Below, in pieces: positions 26,996 to 40,242 of a stretch of 64,000 nt of DNA. Position 1 is the first letter of the stretch; every line of letters begins with the position of its first letter. A program made the position numbers and the translations under genes. Below the pieces are notes generated by a model. It saw nothing but the letters and a program-made list of their open reading frames with translations, had not been told where the DNA came from and made no database searches. Origin of the DNA: Podarcis bocagei. Its lineage: Eukaryota. The stretch is taken from assembly GCA_964188305.1 (NCBI GenBank), contig OZ076890.1, one strand, 5' to 3'.

Positions 26996-29240
26996 GTCAT
27001 TAAGCACATAGATAAGGGGGATACAATGTGAAGATATTGTGTACTTTTACTTTTTAAAAGTTTTTGATTTCGTTGATCATTAACTAGTAAAAGAACAGGA
27101 AGCAAAGAGTAGGGAGGGGGAATGTTAAATGTAGTTCAGTGTAAGCATGTGTAACATGATGCATGCTGGAAGAAAAAATCTGTAACTTCACCTAAACACG
27201 AAAGGATAAAAACTGGCAGTCACTGACTAGGAAAGAGATTTTGGGGTCATGGTGGATAACTAGATGAAGATGTAAACCCAGTATCTGGCAGCTGTGAAAA
27301 AGGTGACTTTCATGTTAGGAACCATTAGGGAAAGATTTAAAATAAAACTGTAAATATCATTCTGCTGTAATACAAATGTAAAGTGTGACTGTACTTGGAA
27401 TACTGTTAACAGTTCAGGTAGTTATGCCACAAAAAGAATATCCAACATGCTACTGGGTTTTCGGTTCCATTTTTATATATTGTGATTTTTACCTTCAGAT
27501 GGATTGTAATAGCTAGCATATAAGGGCTTTCATGAATAAAAATAAGTTAAATATAACATAGCTGGGTAAGGTTCTTTTAGAAAAAGAATATGTTCAATAA
27601 ATTCATTACTTTTTAAGCATATTTCGTTGGCAAGGTCACCTTCCCCTTGTCGCACCATGTTACTTTATTAAACAAGGAATATTAATAAAAGGGCTTTTCC
27701 TACTTTATTGACATCATGTGCATAAAAACTAAAAATGGAAAAAGAAAATTTTAAATAGATAGGCACCATTCGCTTTTTGAAAAACCCTACCTTCCTGTGG
27801 TTTTCCAAAAGCATTCCAAAGAGGTTACTTACATTGCTTTGAAATGGTGAGTTATGGGAAGGCCATAGCTTGAGACTAGCAGCTGAGACAGCAACAGAGA
27901 TGAAAGTTATTTAGTTCTGTGATTCAAGGGGAAACACAGCTGCTACAGCTGGCCTTCTCAGATCTCAACACTTACTACAATGATCTAGAAGGCGATAATG
28001 TGTTCTGTCTCAGTTTGAAAAATGCATTCATAAAAATAGTCTCTAAAAGGGACAAAAAATCTATTAATCACACTTCAGACTGCGTTTTGAGCACTGAAGC
28101 AGGGCTAGGTTTACCCAAAGGGTATCTGATACATTTTGTGAGCTATCTATTATCTTTGGTCAAACATTTCAATCTAATTTGAACTGTTCCTTTCACATGT
28201 GCTCTTATGGAGACAAGACTTGTTTACTATATATGCTTTTGATGCCAAAATAAATAGGTCACAATGAAATTGATAAATTTAAAATTAGACTCAATAAATG
28301 CCAATAGGATCGCAACTGAAACGAGAATGTTTTGGAAAGCACAACAGTTTGGCATAAGGAAGATACAATCACTTTACAATGGCTTCTGAAAACCCTTATA
28401 TTATAATACTCAAGACAACTGGCTGGATATTTTTCTCACATTTATTTGTCTGTTAACTGAAAAATAGTATATTTTATTGGAAACATGACATGCTATATAG
28501 AAACTGTAACACTTACTTAAAATAGTTTAAGACAAAGACTGATCTACCTTTAGGTTAGCTAATGAAGCTTGCCTCAGGCAATGGATTTGGGGATATAATT
28601 TAAATGGTAGCAAATGCTCAATTATACATGTAGTCATATTTTAAACAATTTTGGGGTGCTGTTTTCTGCCTTGGGGAATAAAACGTATTGTTATGTTTCT
28701 TTATAAGTCACGAAATACAAAATAAGTAAGTGAATTACACATTTATCATCAATTTAACAAGGGGGGAGTTTATAGATTATTATTTATTCATTTCTATGTT
28801 CAGTGTTAGTCTGTGAAGTACCATTTATATAGGCACATGTGGAAAGAAAAAGCCCAAGCTTTCAACAAATGGAAGCCTGCATGCACATGTATCTGCATAT
28901 TAAACAGAGGCCACAGAGATCATGAATCTGCACACAAGCCAGAGTATTAGGGTAAATTGAGCTGACACTATACACATACAGATATTTAAGTTATTTTCCA
29001 TTCCAAGGTATTGAAGTTACATCATGCACTTAAGATCTTTGAACTGTACTTAGTGACTGTCATTGTTGATCTTTAGGTCTCAGCTTCTTGCTCCAGGAAA
29101 TCTTGGAAAAAGAGTAATAGTTTTAGCTCTCTGGTTGTGTATAGGTTATACAGTCTGCAAACTATATAAATAAAGGCTATTCTGTACAAGTAACTCTGTT
29201 CATTGTTTTATTTTATTTTTACTTCATGGTGTTCTAGTTC

Positions 29241-29321
29241 AAAGAAGAAAGAAAGGAAGGAAGGAAGGAAGGAAGGAAGGAAGGAAGGAAGGAAGGAAGG
29301 AAGGAAGGCAGGCAGGCAGGC
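29241..29321. repeat. (GAAA)(GAAG)n(GCAG)n compound microsatellite
   Basis: Direct reading. Confidence 0.95.
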
Positions 29322-31199
29322 CATGGGTTAAAATGGGTATAATGTAATGGGTTTTAAAAGATTTTATATCCAGAAAACAGATTTCATTTATTACTAAGAA
29401 TATCCATCTATTTTTTAAAATGACAGCCACCATTATATAAGTTACTGGTATAATGTAGTTTGCATTGTTTAACAGCCCATTCACCATGTCTTCAGTCTTG
29501 GCAATCCCTGAATTCACACATTGTTAAACAACTAATTCGACAGACTTTATAGACACAGGTTTTCTTCTAAAAAGAAAGTGGCTAGAAGTAAAAAGCTACT
29601 AATAAGGTGGTTAGTGCTCTATTTGTTAAAGCTAAATTGGGCAGCTGTAACCCCTGTAAATAGCTACAAGCATTCAGGTTCAGCAAAATGAAACTTTCCT
29701 CTAACTTTTTTTACAGTAATTTAATCTGTTATTGTAAACATTATAAGCTATTAATCAAAACATAAATGTCAAGATGATTTTAAACTGACATCAAGTAAAG
29801 TCCAGTCAACAAATGCAATAATTTTTTCCTTTAATCTACACCATGAACACCCCATGACAAAGATTCTCTCGTGTTTTGTTTTTGTGGGATGTTTTATCTC
29901 TAATAAAGTGACACATTAAAGTTGCTTTTTGGCAAGTCAATAATGTCTATCAGCGTAAACAACAACACTTTCAAATTTTAGGACATACCAAAGACATATT
30001 GTACATATTTTAATAATCTTTGAACAGACTTGCAAACAATCACTTGCCTGGTCACCTGTGGAAAGTATGAATTGCCTGTTTACAAGAAGGTAAGTTAGCT
30101 GGCCCTGGAAGAAATGTTTCCCTTCCCCTTTTCTAGGATGTCCCCTCCATATCACAAGCTTGTGTTAAATATGGCTATCCTTCTGCTATGGCACACTACA
30201 TATAGTAGAGCTATATTATTGCCGAGAAGACAGAAGAAATAGCTACACCAACTGTCTAGAACATTGCCCAGTTAATGTAAAGCTGTACTCTGAAAGCTGA
30301 GTACAGTACCAGAATCTATCTTCCTATCAGACCTAGAATGGAGTGGCTGAGTTTTCTCCAACTAAATACCTATTGTAAACAAAAATATGTTTCATACATC
30401 ACAAAGTAATGTATTTTCAAAGCCATATGTATCAAAACCAGAAAGCAAAACTTATTGTAAAAATGCATTCAGAGGTATCTCCTTAAGGTAATAAAAAGAC
30501 AACTCATATACTTGTAATTAATCTTTTAACTCTTTCTGTGGAGACAGTTAAAATTTTTCTATGATTATGCTAGTCTATCATTCTATAGCTAATTATTCTG
30601 CTTTGACTGGTGTGTGTATGAGAGAGAAGGGTGACAGGAAAGCACACACTCACTGAAAGAGATACAAGAGTAAGAGACAAAAATATTTACATCTAGCAGG
30701 ATTCAGATAATTAGCTCTTGGAATAGTAACGCTAAACAATTCACCTAGATGAAAATGGCACTTTAAAATATACCAACATTTTAAAGGCAACTTGAAAATA
30801 AGACTCTCTTGAAGCAATTAAAACATGTTATATGATAATCAACAAATGACTCAATCTCCCCACCCCTGGAGGGCCAAATAACATCCCTGCACTGTTCCTT
30901 AAACCTTTGAAATCAAAAGAAAACTGCTTCCCTGTTCCTTGAACAATGAGCTCCCACATTCCTTGCTTCAGCAAAAGCAAATTTGTAAGCTCACTTTAAG
31001 CTCCTGATAGTTCCTTTGGAAACCTTCCCTTCCCATGGCTTCCCAAAATGGCCTCACTGTCTAAATGGGGAGGCCTGGCAGGCCGAGTGTGGCCTATAGA
31101 GTGGAGGCTCTCCACATCTGTGTTAGTTTCCCTGTATTTCACTTGCAGTCCTCTGCATGGATCCACAGACCTGTTCATCATGGTGAACATTGTTCCACG

Positions 31200-31360
31200 A
31201 CTTGCAGTTTTCACTTGTAGTTGTAGACAACGAGGAAGCAGACCCTCTCGATGATAGCACCCACCCTCTGGAATGTCATCCTTCAGATAACTTGCAACAC
31301 AGATACTGTTATGACCTTTACGTACCTCTTTAAAAATGTATTTTTAACACCAAGTTTCCT
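31200..31360 (+). mobile_element. Degenerate L2-type LINE 3' fragment
   Basis: gcagaccctctcgatgatagcacccaccctctggaatgtcatcct resembles the AFSVAAPxLWNxLP end of L2 ORF2. Confidence 0.5.
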
Positions 31361-33723
31361 GGACTCTGACTTTTAAATGTTCAATTCTCTGTTTTATATA
31401 CAGCTCAGGTTTCTATGTGATACATATTTAACTTTTGGGGTTTGTATTATTTTTATTTAGCTTTCAGGAAAACATACTGACTGTTTATATATATATATAT
31501 TTAATGTTCTTTTATGCAAACCACTTACAGAAGTTTACTAATAAATAAAATTATCTCTCTCCTCTGGCAACTGCCTTCGAAGCTTGGTGTAACAGGTGGA
31601 AACTATCACAGAGAAAGGAGGTTTTGAGGAGGGATTTGAAGGGAAAGACTTCCAATTACAAACAACAAAACTAATAAACAGGGGAGGAGCTGCCAAAGCC
31701 CAATTACCCTCACAGCAGTTACATCCTTTCACTTACAGAGAAAGCAAGGAAACAGCCATACCACTCAGTTCTGTGAACTTGAATTGAATATCTGCAGCTC
31801 TTGTCTGCAGATAAGATAGGAAGAACAAGGGAAAAACTCTGGAGGAGAAAAATAGCATGTGAAATCTGACAAGGAGATGTATTTCACTAAATCGAATGGA
31901 TGTGTGCCAGAGAACTGTGGCTAATCATGGCTCCCCAGCTGGTTTCACACCGTGTTTCCACATGTTTGGAAATTCCCCTTAACATTTTATATGCAGCAAG
32001 CATGAGATCCATAAAAATGTGAATCATCCATAAATCTGAAATGGAACTAGTTGTCTTCTATCGCCACAAGCAGAGAGGATTAGACAACACATCCTCGTAA
32101 GCCAATCAAAAGTGGGTAGAGAAAAATATTTATTTTTAAAACAAGTAAATATTTCTATGAACAAAACTTAGAATGAATCAAATATACTGAAGTAGGTAAG
32201 CAAAAGAAAATATAAAAAATTAACATGCCGGCTGGGATATCCAGACTTCTATGTGTCTGTCAATGCCTACTGTTGAAAGTTTTTTTTAATATGATAAGCA
32301 GTTTGGAGGTGGGCTGTTGTTGGGTTTTAACAGCAACAATTCTCCTCTCAAGCAACCTTTTTATTGTGATCAATGACTAGTATTAACCATTCTCCTCTAC
32401 AAGGCTGCTTGACCTACTAACTGGATTCTTGAATGCCCTTGTTGAGTTTTCCAAGTTGTATGGCTGATGTTGCTGCTGAAATCTGTTGTCACAGTAGAAG
32501 ACAAGATCGAATCAGCTGTTCATATGACTGTCCCCATGCACCCTCTCTCACAATGTATAGCTTGGTTGGCTGCTTAGTTGACATGAGAGATGTGAACAAT
32601 GAAGCAAGTTGGACTACCCATTAATTTATATCATAGGCACACCTTTAAATATAGTTCACCTTTTATCATTTTTAAAGTATATTACGGCTTTCTTTTCTGA
32701 ATAAACTTTCACGAATGAAATATACTGTATATGCCTCACAGGTCAAACATTATATTCTATAACAGCTCTAGCAATTATAAAAATAATGCTGACAGCTCTA
32801 TCGGGGGGGGGGGGAATTAAGAAACAAATGACAGAAACCAACAAGGTTATAAAATATTTGCCAATGTGCTGTCTGTTAAACATTGACTACTGATTTCATG
32901 CACCAGTAACTAAACAGGCTAATTAAGAAGTGTGAATATACAGCTACTTTTAAAGATGCCAGGTTCCTAATGTAGGTCTACAACAGGTTTTTCCCTAGCC
33001 CAAGAGAAATGGCAAGAAGAGAAGCATAAGGTTGAGGTGTTTTTCCAGAAACAATGCATAGTCCATTGTGCTTGAATATACTGCAGTGGAGTATATATCG
33101 ACAATTTAGAGCCTGGAAGTACACAGAAGACTATGAACTGGCAGTCATCCATTACCTTTAGTATTAGTCTGTTCCCCTTTTCATCACACTGACTGTAAAT
33201 ATTGAATATTAAAATGTATCTAATGATAAAGTTAATTAATATATCAAGTGCTTTTTAGTTTGTACCCTTTGTTATTTAGCTTGTACCTCCTTGGTATTAA
33301 CCCTTGAAATATGTAGTGAAATCACCTTTTAATCTCTATTGGATTGGTCAATAACAAAGAGGATGTAGGCCATCAGAGTAGGATTCTGACTAGATACTGC
33401 CCTAGATCTAATTTTCTGGTGTAGCAGGAGAGGATGGCAAGATTCAGGGACATTTAAACATTTCAATTACAATACATTTTTAAAATTTGCAGAATATGAA
33501 CATATATCTTCTCAAAATCAAGCACTGCCAGGATTTGATTCTTTTTGTTTCATGATGTATTTCTTATCAATAAAAAATTTGGTGTGTTGCAAGCAAATCT
33601 TTATTCTGAAAGTATGGGCTGGAGAAGAAAAATGGAGAAACACTGCTGTATTCTAATAATAAATGCATTATCTGAGTGTAAATTCTTATGTAGCTAAGAT
33701 GGCACCACTCACATGGTTTACAG

Positions 33724-33773
33724 ACGTGTGTGCGTGTGCGTGCGTGCGCGCACGCACGCACACACACACACAT
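33724..33773. repeat. Alternating purine-pyrimidine palindrome (TG/CG/CA)
   Basis: Perfect 30-bp palindrome 33734-33763, extending to 46 bp with one mismatch. Confidence 0.95.
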
Positions 33774-34075
33774 TTGGGGCTCCTGGATAACCCCACTGCT
33801 ACATCAATATTACAAGTATCATAAAGCCACAGTAGACCCTTTCTTAGCTAGCATGGAAGAGCAAGTGAGTTTGAAAAACCTTTTTTTTAACAATCTACTT
33901 TCGCTTTGCACTTTGTGTTTCTCTTTATTCTAAGAGCAACCCCCCCTACATTTTAGTGATAATTCATGTTTTGTTTCTGTTGACCACATTCAACAAATTT
34001 CTTACATTCCTTTTTATGGAATCTGATTTTAACTTCAGGATTTTGACTTCAAGAATTATCCTGATGTAGGATTCT

Positions 34076-34388
34076 TAAAGGTAAAGGTAAAGGTACCCCT
34101 GACCGTTAGGTCCAGTCGTGGAGGGAGCCAGCGTTTGTCTGCAGACAGCTTCCAGGTCATGAGGCCAGCATGACTAAGCTGCTTCTGGCGAACCAGAGCA
34201 GCACACGGAAACGCCGTTTACCTTCCCGCAGGAGCAGTACTCCTTTATCTACTTACACTTTGACGTGCATTCAAACGGCTAGGTGGGCAGGAGCTGGGAC
34301 CAAACAACAGGAACTCACCCCGTCGTGGGGATTCAAACCGCCGACCTTCTGATCGGCAAGCCCTAGGCTCAGTGGTTTAGACCACAGC
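34076..34388 (-). mobile_element. Sauria SINE (Squam1), internally deleted
   Basis: (AAAGGT)n tail, gtccagtcgtg, cagcttccaggtcatg, cggaaacgccgtttaccttcccg, and box B gggattcaaacc. Confidence 0.93.
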
Positions 34389-34779
34389 AATGGTAACTCC
34401 CACTGCTGTCAGAAAAAGCTGTTTGCAATTAGATATTTACTGAAGTCATCAAATTGAAACTTAGTTTAAATTTAGGTAGCCTCCTGGAGCTTGCTAATGA
34501 AAGCCAGTTGGAATCAGTCAGGTTGAAGGACTTAAATTAGTTGCTTTGGGAATGCAGAAAACGCCTTTCCAATTATTATTTTTTATTTTTGTCATTTATT
34601 AGATTTCTTATGCAACCTTCACCATGAGGGCAAATTATAATGTTAAAATATTAAAACAAAATGTACTACAATCACAATAATAGGGTGGGTCCTAAAATAT
34701 ATGTGTCAGGTGTCAGACTAGGACAGACATTTAAATTATCCTCTTAAAACTTTTGACTTCTTCATCTATCTCTTTCTTT

Positions 34780-34818
34780 CACATGTGTGTGTGCGTGTGT
34801 GCGCGCGCGCACACATAT
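34780..34818. repeat. Alternating purine-pyrimidine tract with (GC)5 core
   Basis: Direct reading. Confidence 0.95.
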
Positions 34819-36113
34819 CCCTATGTGTTAACAATCCATATGAGTTGACATGTCGCTGCGCACATTAAGAATTGTATGACTATTGTGTACTACATGAAGC
34901 ATATTAAGGAGAGCAGGCAAGTTGTACACAACTCAGCTCTATTACTACATATCAGTAGGCACCTGAGGTGGAAGTTCCACTTAAGTAATACATTGCTGAT
35001 AATTATCAGATGACATATCCTTGCAATCAACAGACTTCAAACCCAACTGTTGTTTAAGTAAATCCACATGTCCCACATGTGATCATCTACAAATATTTCA
35101 AATACTATTGATAACATGATTAGATACAGCATAACATTACTCAAAAGTAATACTGGAAACAGGGTTCCTGAAGCAAAGGACAAGGTGGCAGCCCATCTCA
35201 TTCCACAAGCAAAAGCCAACCATCCTGGCAGTTGAATCTTATTTCAACACTGGTCATGGGACATAATCCTCGGCTACACCTGGAGCACAACAGACTAATT
35301 AGAGGGCACACAACCCTTCCCTCCAACACATCACTGTTTCTCAACAATCTGGCACCTAGGACAGTGACCTCACTCTTCCTAATGCTAGGACCAGCCCTGA
35401 CTGGAGCAATGCTCTGAATATTACAAGCAACATTTTTACAAACAGAAACAGGGACACTCTCAAGGTCTTCTGAGAGATAAAAATAAATGAACCAGACAAT
35501 AGTTACTTGCCTCATGTTTACTGTCACAAAAGCAAAGCACACACTTGATTCTTCTTTTACAGAAAAGAAATGTTAACAATGTTCAGTGAAGAGATTTCCC
35601 ATGCCATCAATTACATGAATGAATATTATGAATGTGCAAAGGAAAATTGAGTGAAATGAGAAACAATACATTAAGTGAACTCTTTCCAAACTGGCATCGT
35701 TAACAAATCCATTTCACTGAAAATAAGACAGAACAGGCAAACACATCTCACAGTGTAAGCCAGTAAGTAGTTTACCTTCTCGTGAACTCTGTTTGCATTG
35801 GATGATAATTTTGTTACTTCCTGGAGCCAAAAATGACTTGCACTTTAAATGTTTGCCAAAAGAGAAAGACAGAGAGAGGGGGGAGGGGGAGATGCTAACT
35901 GCATATTAAAGAGCATAACAACCAAAGAACAAGCAAGGGCATATTTGAACTACACAATTACACAATGGGAATACATTGGGTTCAGTATAAACAGATCATT
36001 CACTTCTTAAAAATATATTCCTGGAGATGGTATTATTTAACATTGTTCTTTTCTTTAAAGCATCACTCTTGACACATTTAACTCTTTATAGAAGAAAGCA
36101 ACATGTCTGTTCA

Positions 36114-36140
36114 ACACGCACATGCACATGCGCGCACACG

Positions 36141-36171
<31 letters not shown>

Positions 36172-36172
36172 A
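36114..36172. repeat. Alternating purine-pyrimidine tract (CA/CG/TG), 59 bp
   Basis: Direct reading. Confidence 0.95.
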
Positions 36173-36729
36173 AGAAATGTTTAAAAATTGGCTGTACTTC
36201 TTCCATAATTTCTTTTCAAAATTCAGACTTCACATAAAATAGTTATGTCATTATATATATAGAGCGTGTCTTGAACACAAACTACGATTAAAACACTGTT
36301 AATCAGGGCAGAGAAGGTCTCTCTCCTAATGGTGGCCCTCTCTAACGTCCCCTTCAAGCTAGGTATATTACGCCACTTCATAGGATCAAACCTACACATG
36401 ATGACAGACAAAGGCAGAGACAGAGGATGGAGGGTATTCCCAAATGGTATCAATTGGTGCCTGGTAGAGAGGGTGTTTATTGATTCTGATTGATTCATTA
36501 ACTGATCCAACAGAGGGTTGGCAGTGGTTACTTTTGCCCACCAGGGTATAGTTACAAGCACTTGCATTTCAATTATTAAAAGCACTTTGAGAATGCCATC
36601 TCTTTCACCAAGAAGCTAATCCACCTGGGGACAAAAATACAGGACTTGTTCCTTTCATTGGCTCATAACATTGATCTTATTGGTGTAGCATCCATCCCAC
36701 TGCTTAACAACCTCTGTGATTGATTATAG

Positions 36730-36825
36730 CTGGTGATTGTGCTGAGGGATTTGGACATGCATGCTAAGGCCACATGAGACTTCACAGCCACCATGGCCAC
36801 CATGGAATACATCACTGGTTCAATA
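36730..36825 (+). mobile_element. L2-type endonuclease-domain relic
   Basis: VLRDLDMHAK and DFTATMATM resemble the L2 APE segments VLGDFNIHAE and DFMAAMTTM. Confidence 0.5.
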
Positions 36826-36829
36826 CCCA

Positions 36830-37119
36830 TCTCTCTGAGCCTGAAACCAGACCTACTCTTACCTAGAGCGGCTCTCCTGTGTTGTTAACCCCTGGACTTT
36901 TACCTTTAGACACTGACCCTGGTTTGTGTTTTAGACCCATACTAATTAACTGTGCTTGTCTCCAGTTTATCTTTGACTTTGACTCTGCATTCTTGACTTA
37001 TCCAACCACTGTTTGGTAAGTCTTGAGGCCTTAGCCTCCTTGGATGCTACAGACTTGGGACCTATCCACAGACTACACCTGCTTCAGTAAGATAAAAAAA
37101 ACAACCCTGACCTATTACA
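36830..37119 (+). mobile_element. Degenerate LTR 3' part (Gypsy-like)
   Basis: Repeated gaccctgg/ggactt/tgact motifs, ending ...ATTACA. Confidence 0.4.
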
Positions 37120-38424
37120 ATAAATTGAGAGGAGTGTTTTGAAACTGGGTGATAGATTTTGATTCAGGATGAAATATGATCCTAGACTGCTGAGAGGAGA
37201 CTAAGATAGGCTGGAGCTATGAGGGAATAAGAACACACCTACTGTTAAGTACAATATAATGAGATCTATAGTTTGTGTGCATTTATGCACCTGCATTTAA
37301 CCACTCTGCAAGTTATGAGTTTGTCTAGTTATGCAAATGCCAGTGTGTTTGTCTCATCTGCATACCCGTAAAAGTGTAAACAGCACATCAGCTGTTAGTA
37401 TGCTTAATTGGAAATATTAGTTTTGTGGCTGTCTTCACAAAACCTCTTAAAACAAAATATGTGCAACCAAATGTTTCTTCCAATTTTATGTGAAACTTTA
37501 ATCCATCCACAATTTTGAATGCATGATTTTGCTAAACTATGTTTAGCAGGCATTAATTGCTTACTTACCTTATGTCTTCCTAGCTTGGGGGAAACCAATC
37601 AATGTTATACTTCTTCTTCCATGTGCAAGCTTTAGTATGTTGTCAAAATTAATATAGTCCTCTAAACTTTATTTGAAACACTAAAATATAATTTATCCAA
37701 GGATTACATCTGCTATGTTTTTAAAGTTCCCATATGGTGGGAAGGTACAAGATTCCAAACCCAATTCCCTAAAAAAAATCTCCAGACAGATTTTTAGACT
37801 GTTTTCAAAGTAGTTTGAAAATGTTGAGTCCTTATTTTCCTCTCGGTTATCATTTCTTAGATTATTTCAAAAATATAAGTTTCAGATAAGCTATGCAACT
37901 GTTCTTCAACATAGATTTAGACAAGAGAAGCATAGAAATGTTGGTTTATAAATCTAGCAAAAGTATTGAGAAGTAGAAAATAGGAGCAGATTATAACTTA
38001 AAGTCATTTTTGAACCATGCTCCAGAAAAGCATGTGGGGTTATTTACTTTTGCTTCCAAGTTTCAGTTACAGGATTCTGATTTCTGAACACTTTATTCCA
38101 ATATATTCAAATTAAAATCTTTTTCCCCCAGTAAAGAAGCCTTTACTAATCATATTAATCATGAATAAATTTGCATTCCAAATGCAAGTCTAGTTTTAAA
38201 TTGTCATTTAAGAATTGTTCCACAAAGGAGTAAACATATTTGCTTTGAAACATATTATACCTTTCTTCCCCATATCTCATAAAGAGAGTCAAGTCAATTT
38301 CATTTTATCTTCATCCTATTTTGTAAATAAAATGAATCCAATTACAGGCAATAAATCACACTTTTTAAATGCTCATTATAGTGAATTTCCATACAATATA
38401 TAGTTTAACATAGTCCTTGCGGGC

Positions 38425-38511
38425 TCAGTACAACCCTACAGTATGTTATTTAATTAGGAAAATGGAACATGACCTCTTTTTGAATGCCTGTTAAGCTTAC
38501 TCCTTGATTGG
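38425..38511 (+). repeat. Left arm of 87-bp inverted repeat (partner 40156-40242)
   Basis: 81/87 identical to the reverse complement of 40156-40242, ungapped. Confidence 0.95.
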
Positions 38512-38525
38512 TGGGATAGCATTAG

Positions 38526-38661
38526 CAGTGTTTCTCAAACTTGGGTCCGCAGCTGTTGTTGGACTACAACTCCTATCATCCCTGACCACTGGTCCTGCTA
38601 GTTAGGGATGATAGGAGCTATAGTCCAACAACAGCTGGGGACCCAAGTTTGAGAAACACTG
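38526..38661. mobile_element. Palindromic hAT-type MITE
   Basis: Perfect 23-bp TIRs CAGTGTTTCTCAAACTTGGGTCC. Nearly the whole element is self-complementary. Confidence 0.9.
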
Positions 38662-39673
38662 TAATCTAGAGGGTCATTAAAGACTGTGTTTCTTCAAGTG
38701 CTTGAAATCTTTATTATCTCTGTATTATTGACATTTATGCAAAAGAGAGAAAGAAATGATAAACCTTTTTTTGAACAAAGAGAATATACAGAACAATTCA
38801 ATATCCAACAATTTTATTATATGCTTGCATGCTTCAACCAACACATAAAGATAGAAAAATAAATCTGAAAATAAATCTTCCTCTAATAGTGCTTTGCTTA
38901 GATTACTAATAGTATTTGAAAACATTTACTCTGAGACAGTCAGAGATAAAGCCAGATATGTTGACCTATAGTACAAAGGATAGAAAAGTGAACAGACATA
39001 GGAATGACAAGTGAAAAAGCTGAGCAGGTTATATTAATAAGGAAAGGAATAAGGAGGGATGAAGTTTAAAATCTAAATGATTAAAATGTGTTTCTGTGCT
39101 TCACAGCACAGTATCAAAAAGTGATTGCATCTTGGAAATGTTTCCCATTCACAAGCCCTATCTAAGCTGACCATACCTAGCAAAGATTGATGAGCCTCTA
39201 CAATTAAAAAGAGACCGGTAATTTTATTTTTCAATGCTCTCTGAAAAGGTGGGTGGTGAAAGGTCAGTTTAGTCTTTGTCAAATCTGTTGCTTTTAATCT
39301 TTTGAAAGTGTTTTTCTAGCCAAACCAATAAGTTTAAGATGTACTATCAGATAACATTTAATTCATTAGAGAAAGCTGGATTTAGAAGTAAGGAAGAATT
39401 TCTTAGAAATAAAATGTGTAGAGTTCAAAATAGTAATTATGACAAATACAATGTAAACACATTCCCTATTGAATTGTCTATAAGGATGTCCTGGTCCCAA
39501 AAAGGTGCCCATGGGACAAGGCAATAAAGCAATTTGGCTATTGTGTCATAAATAAGAGGTAAACTGAGGCCTCTTGAGCCTCTGTCTTCATGCCAAATTC
39601 TTGCTTTGCCCCCTTTTTTGGAGAACTGCAATTTCTTAAAGGGTAGAGAGAGAACTGCTTCTCCTTCACTCCA

Positions 39674-39966
39674 TGCCACGCCTCGCAGGGTGTTATCTCT
39701 GCACCTTTGGATTGGTCAGGTCATGTATGAAGTGCTAGGTTCCTCAGATCCAAGGTGAAGGCATCTAAGAAGGTCCCATCTCTGGTTTCACAGACTCTGA
39801 TGCTGGGGGTGGGGTCAGGGTTCAGCAGGTTCATGGCTACATTCAGTGGATTCAGTGATCAGCAACATCACACTAATAGTCAGAAGCCTGGTCCGGCTCA
39901 CCATCTGCTGCCATTATAGCCTCTGACCCAGTGTTCTGGGTGTGCCTGACCTCTGGGATTGTGACA
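39674..39966. mobile_element. Possible degenerate solo LTR
   Basis: GC-elevated block bounded by TGCCACG ... TGTGACA. No TSD. Confidence 0.35.
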
Positions 39967-40155
39967 AAGCTCTGGATAAAAAACTTCCTATGCTTGCAGG
40001 GTACATAGGCAAGGTACCAATTTCGCTACAGGAAAGGTAGATATCAGTATCATTCCTTGCAACATAACTGTAACTCAAAACAACACATTGAGCCTCATTT
40101 ACTATCTAGTTGGAAGTTATAGGGAGAAGAGAAGGGAAGCCATTCCAGCATTCTG

Positions 40156-40242
40156 CCAATCAAGGAGGAAGCCTGACAGGCATTCAAAAAGAGGTCATGT
40201 TCCATTTTCCCAATTAAGTAACATACCGTAGGGTTGTACTGA
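40156..40242 (-). repeat. Right arm of 87-bp inverted repeat (partner 38425-38511)
   Basis: 81/87 identity to the left arm in reverse complement. Confidence 0.95.

Larger units (their letters stand above)
26468..27440 (+). mobile_element. Degenerate CR1 LINE ORF2 (RT region), internally deleted and twice interrupted
   Basis: Translates as VPVDWKMANIIPIFKKGSRG, then KHIDKG...DIVY and RKQRVG, plus gaaagagattttggggtcatggtgga. All are hallmark CR1 segments. Confidence 0.88.

Noticed and set aside
37563-37600. Consensus minus-strand donor AAG|GTAAGT
   Set aside because: No convincing open exon upstream. Isolated donor motifs are common.
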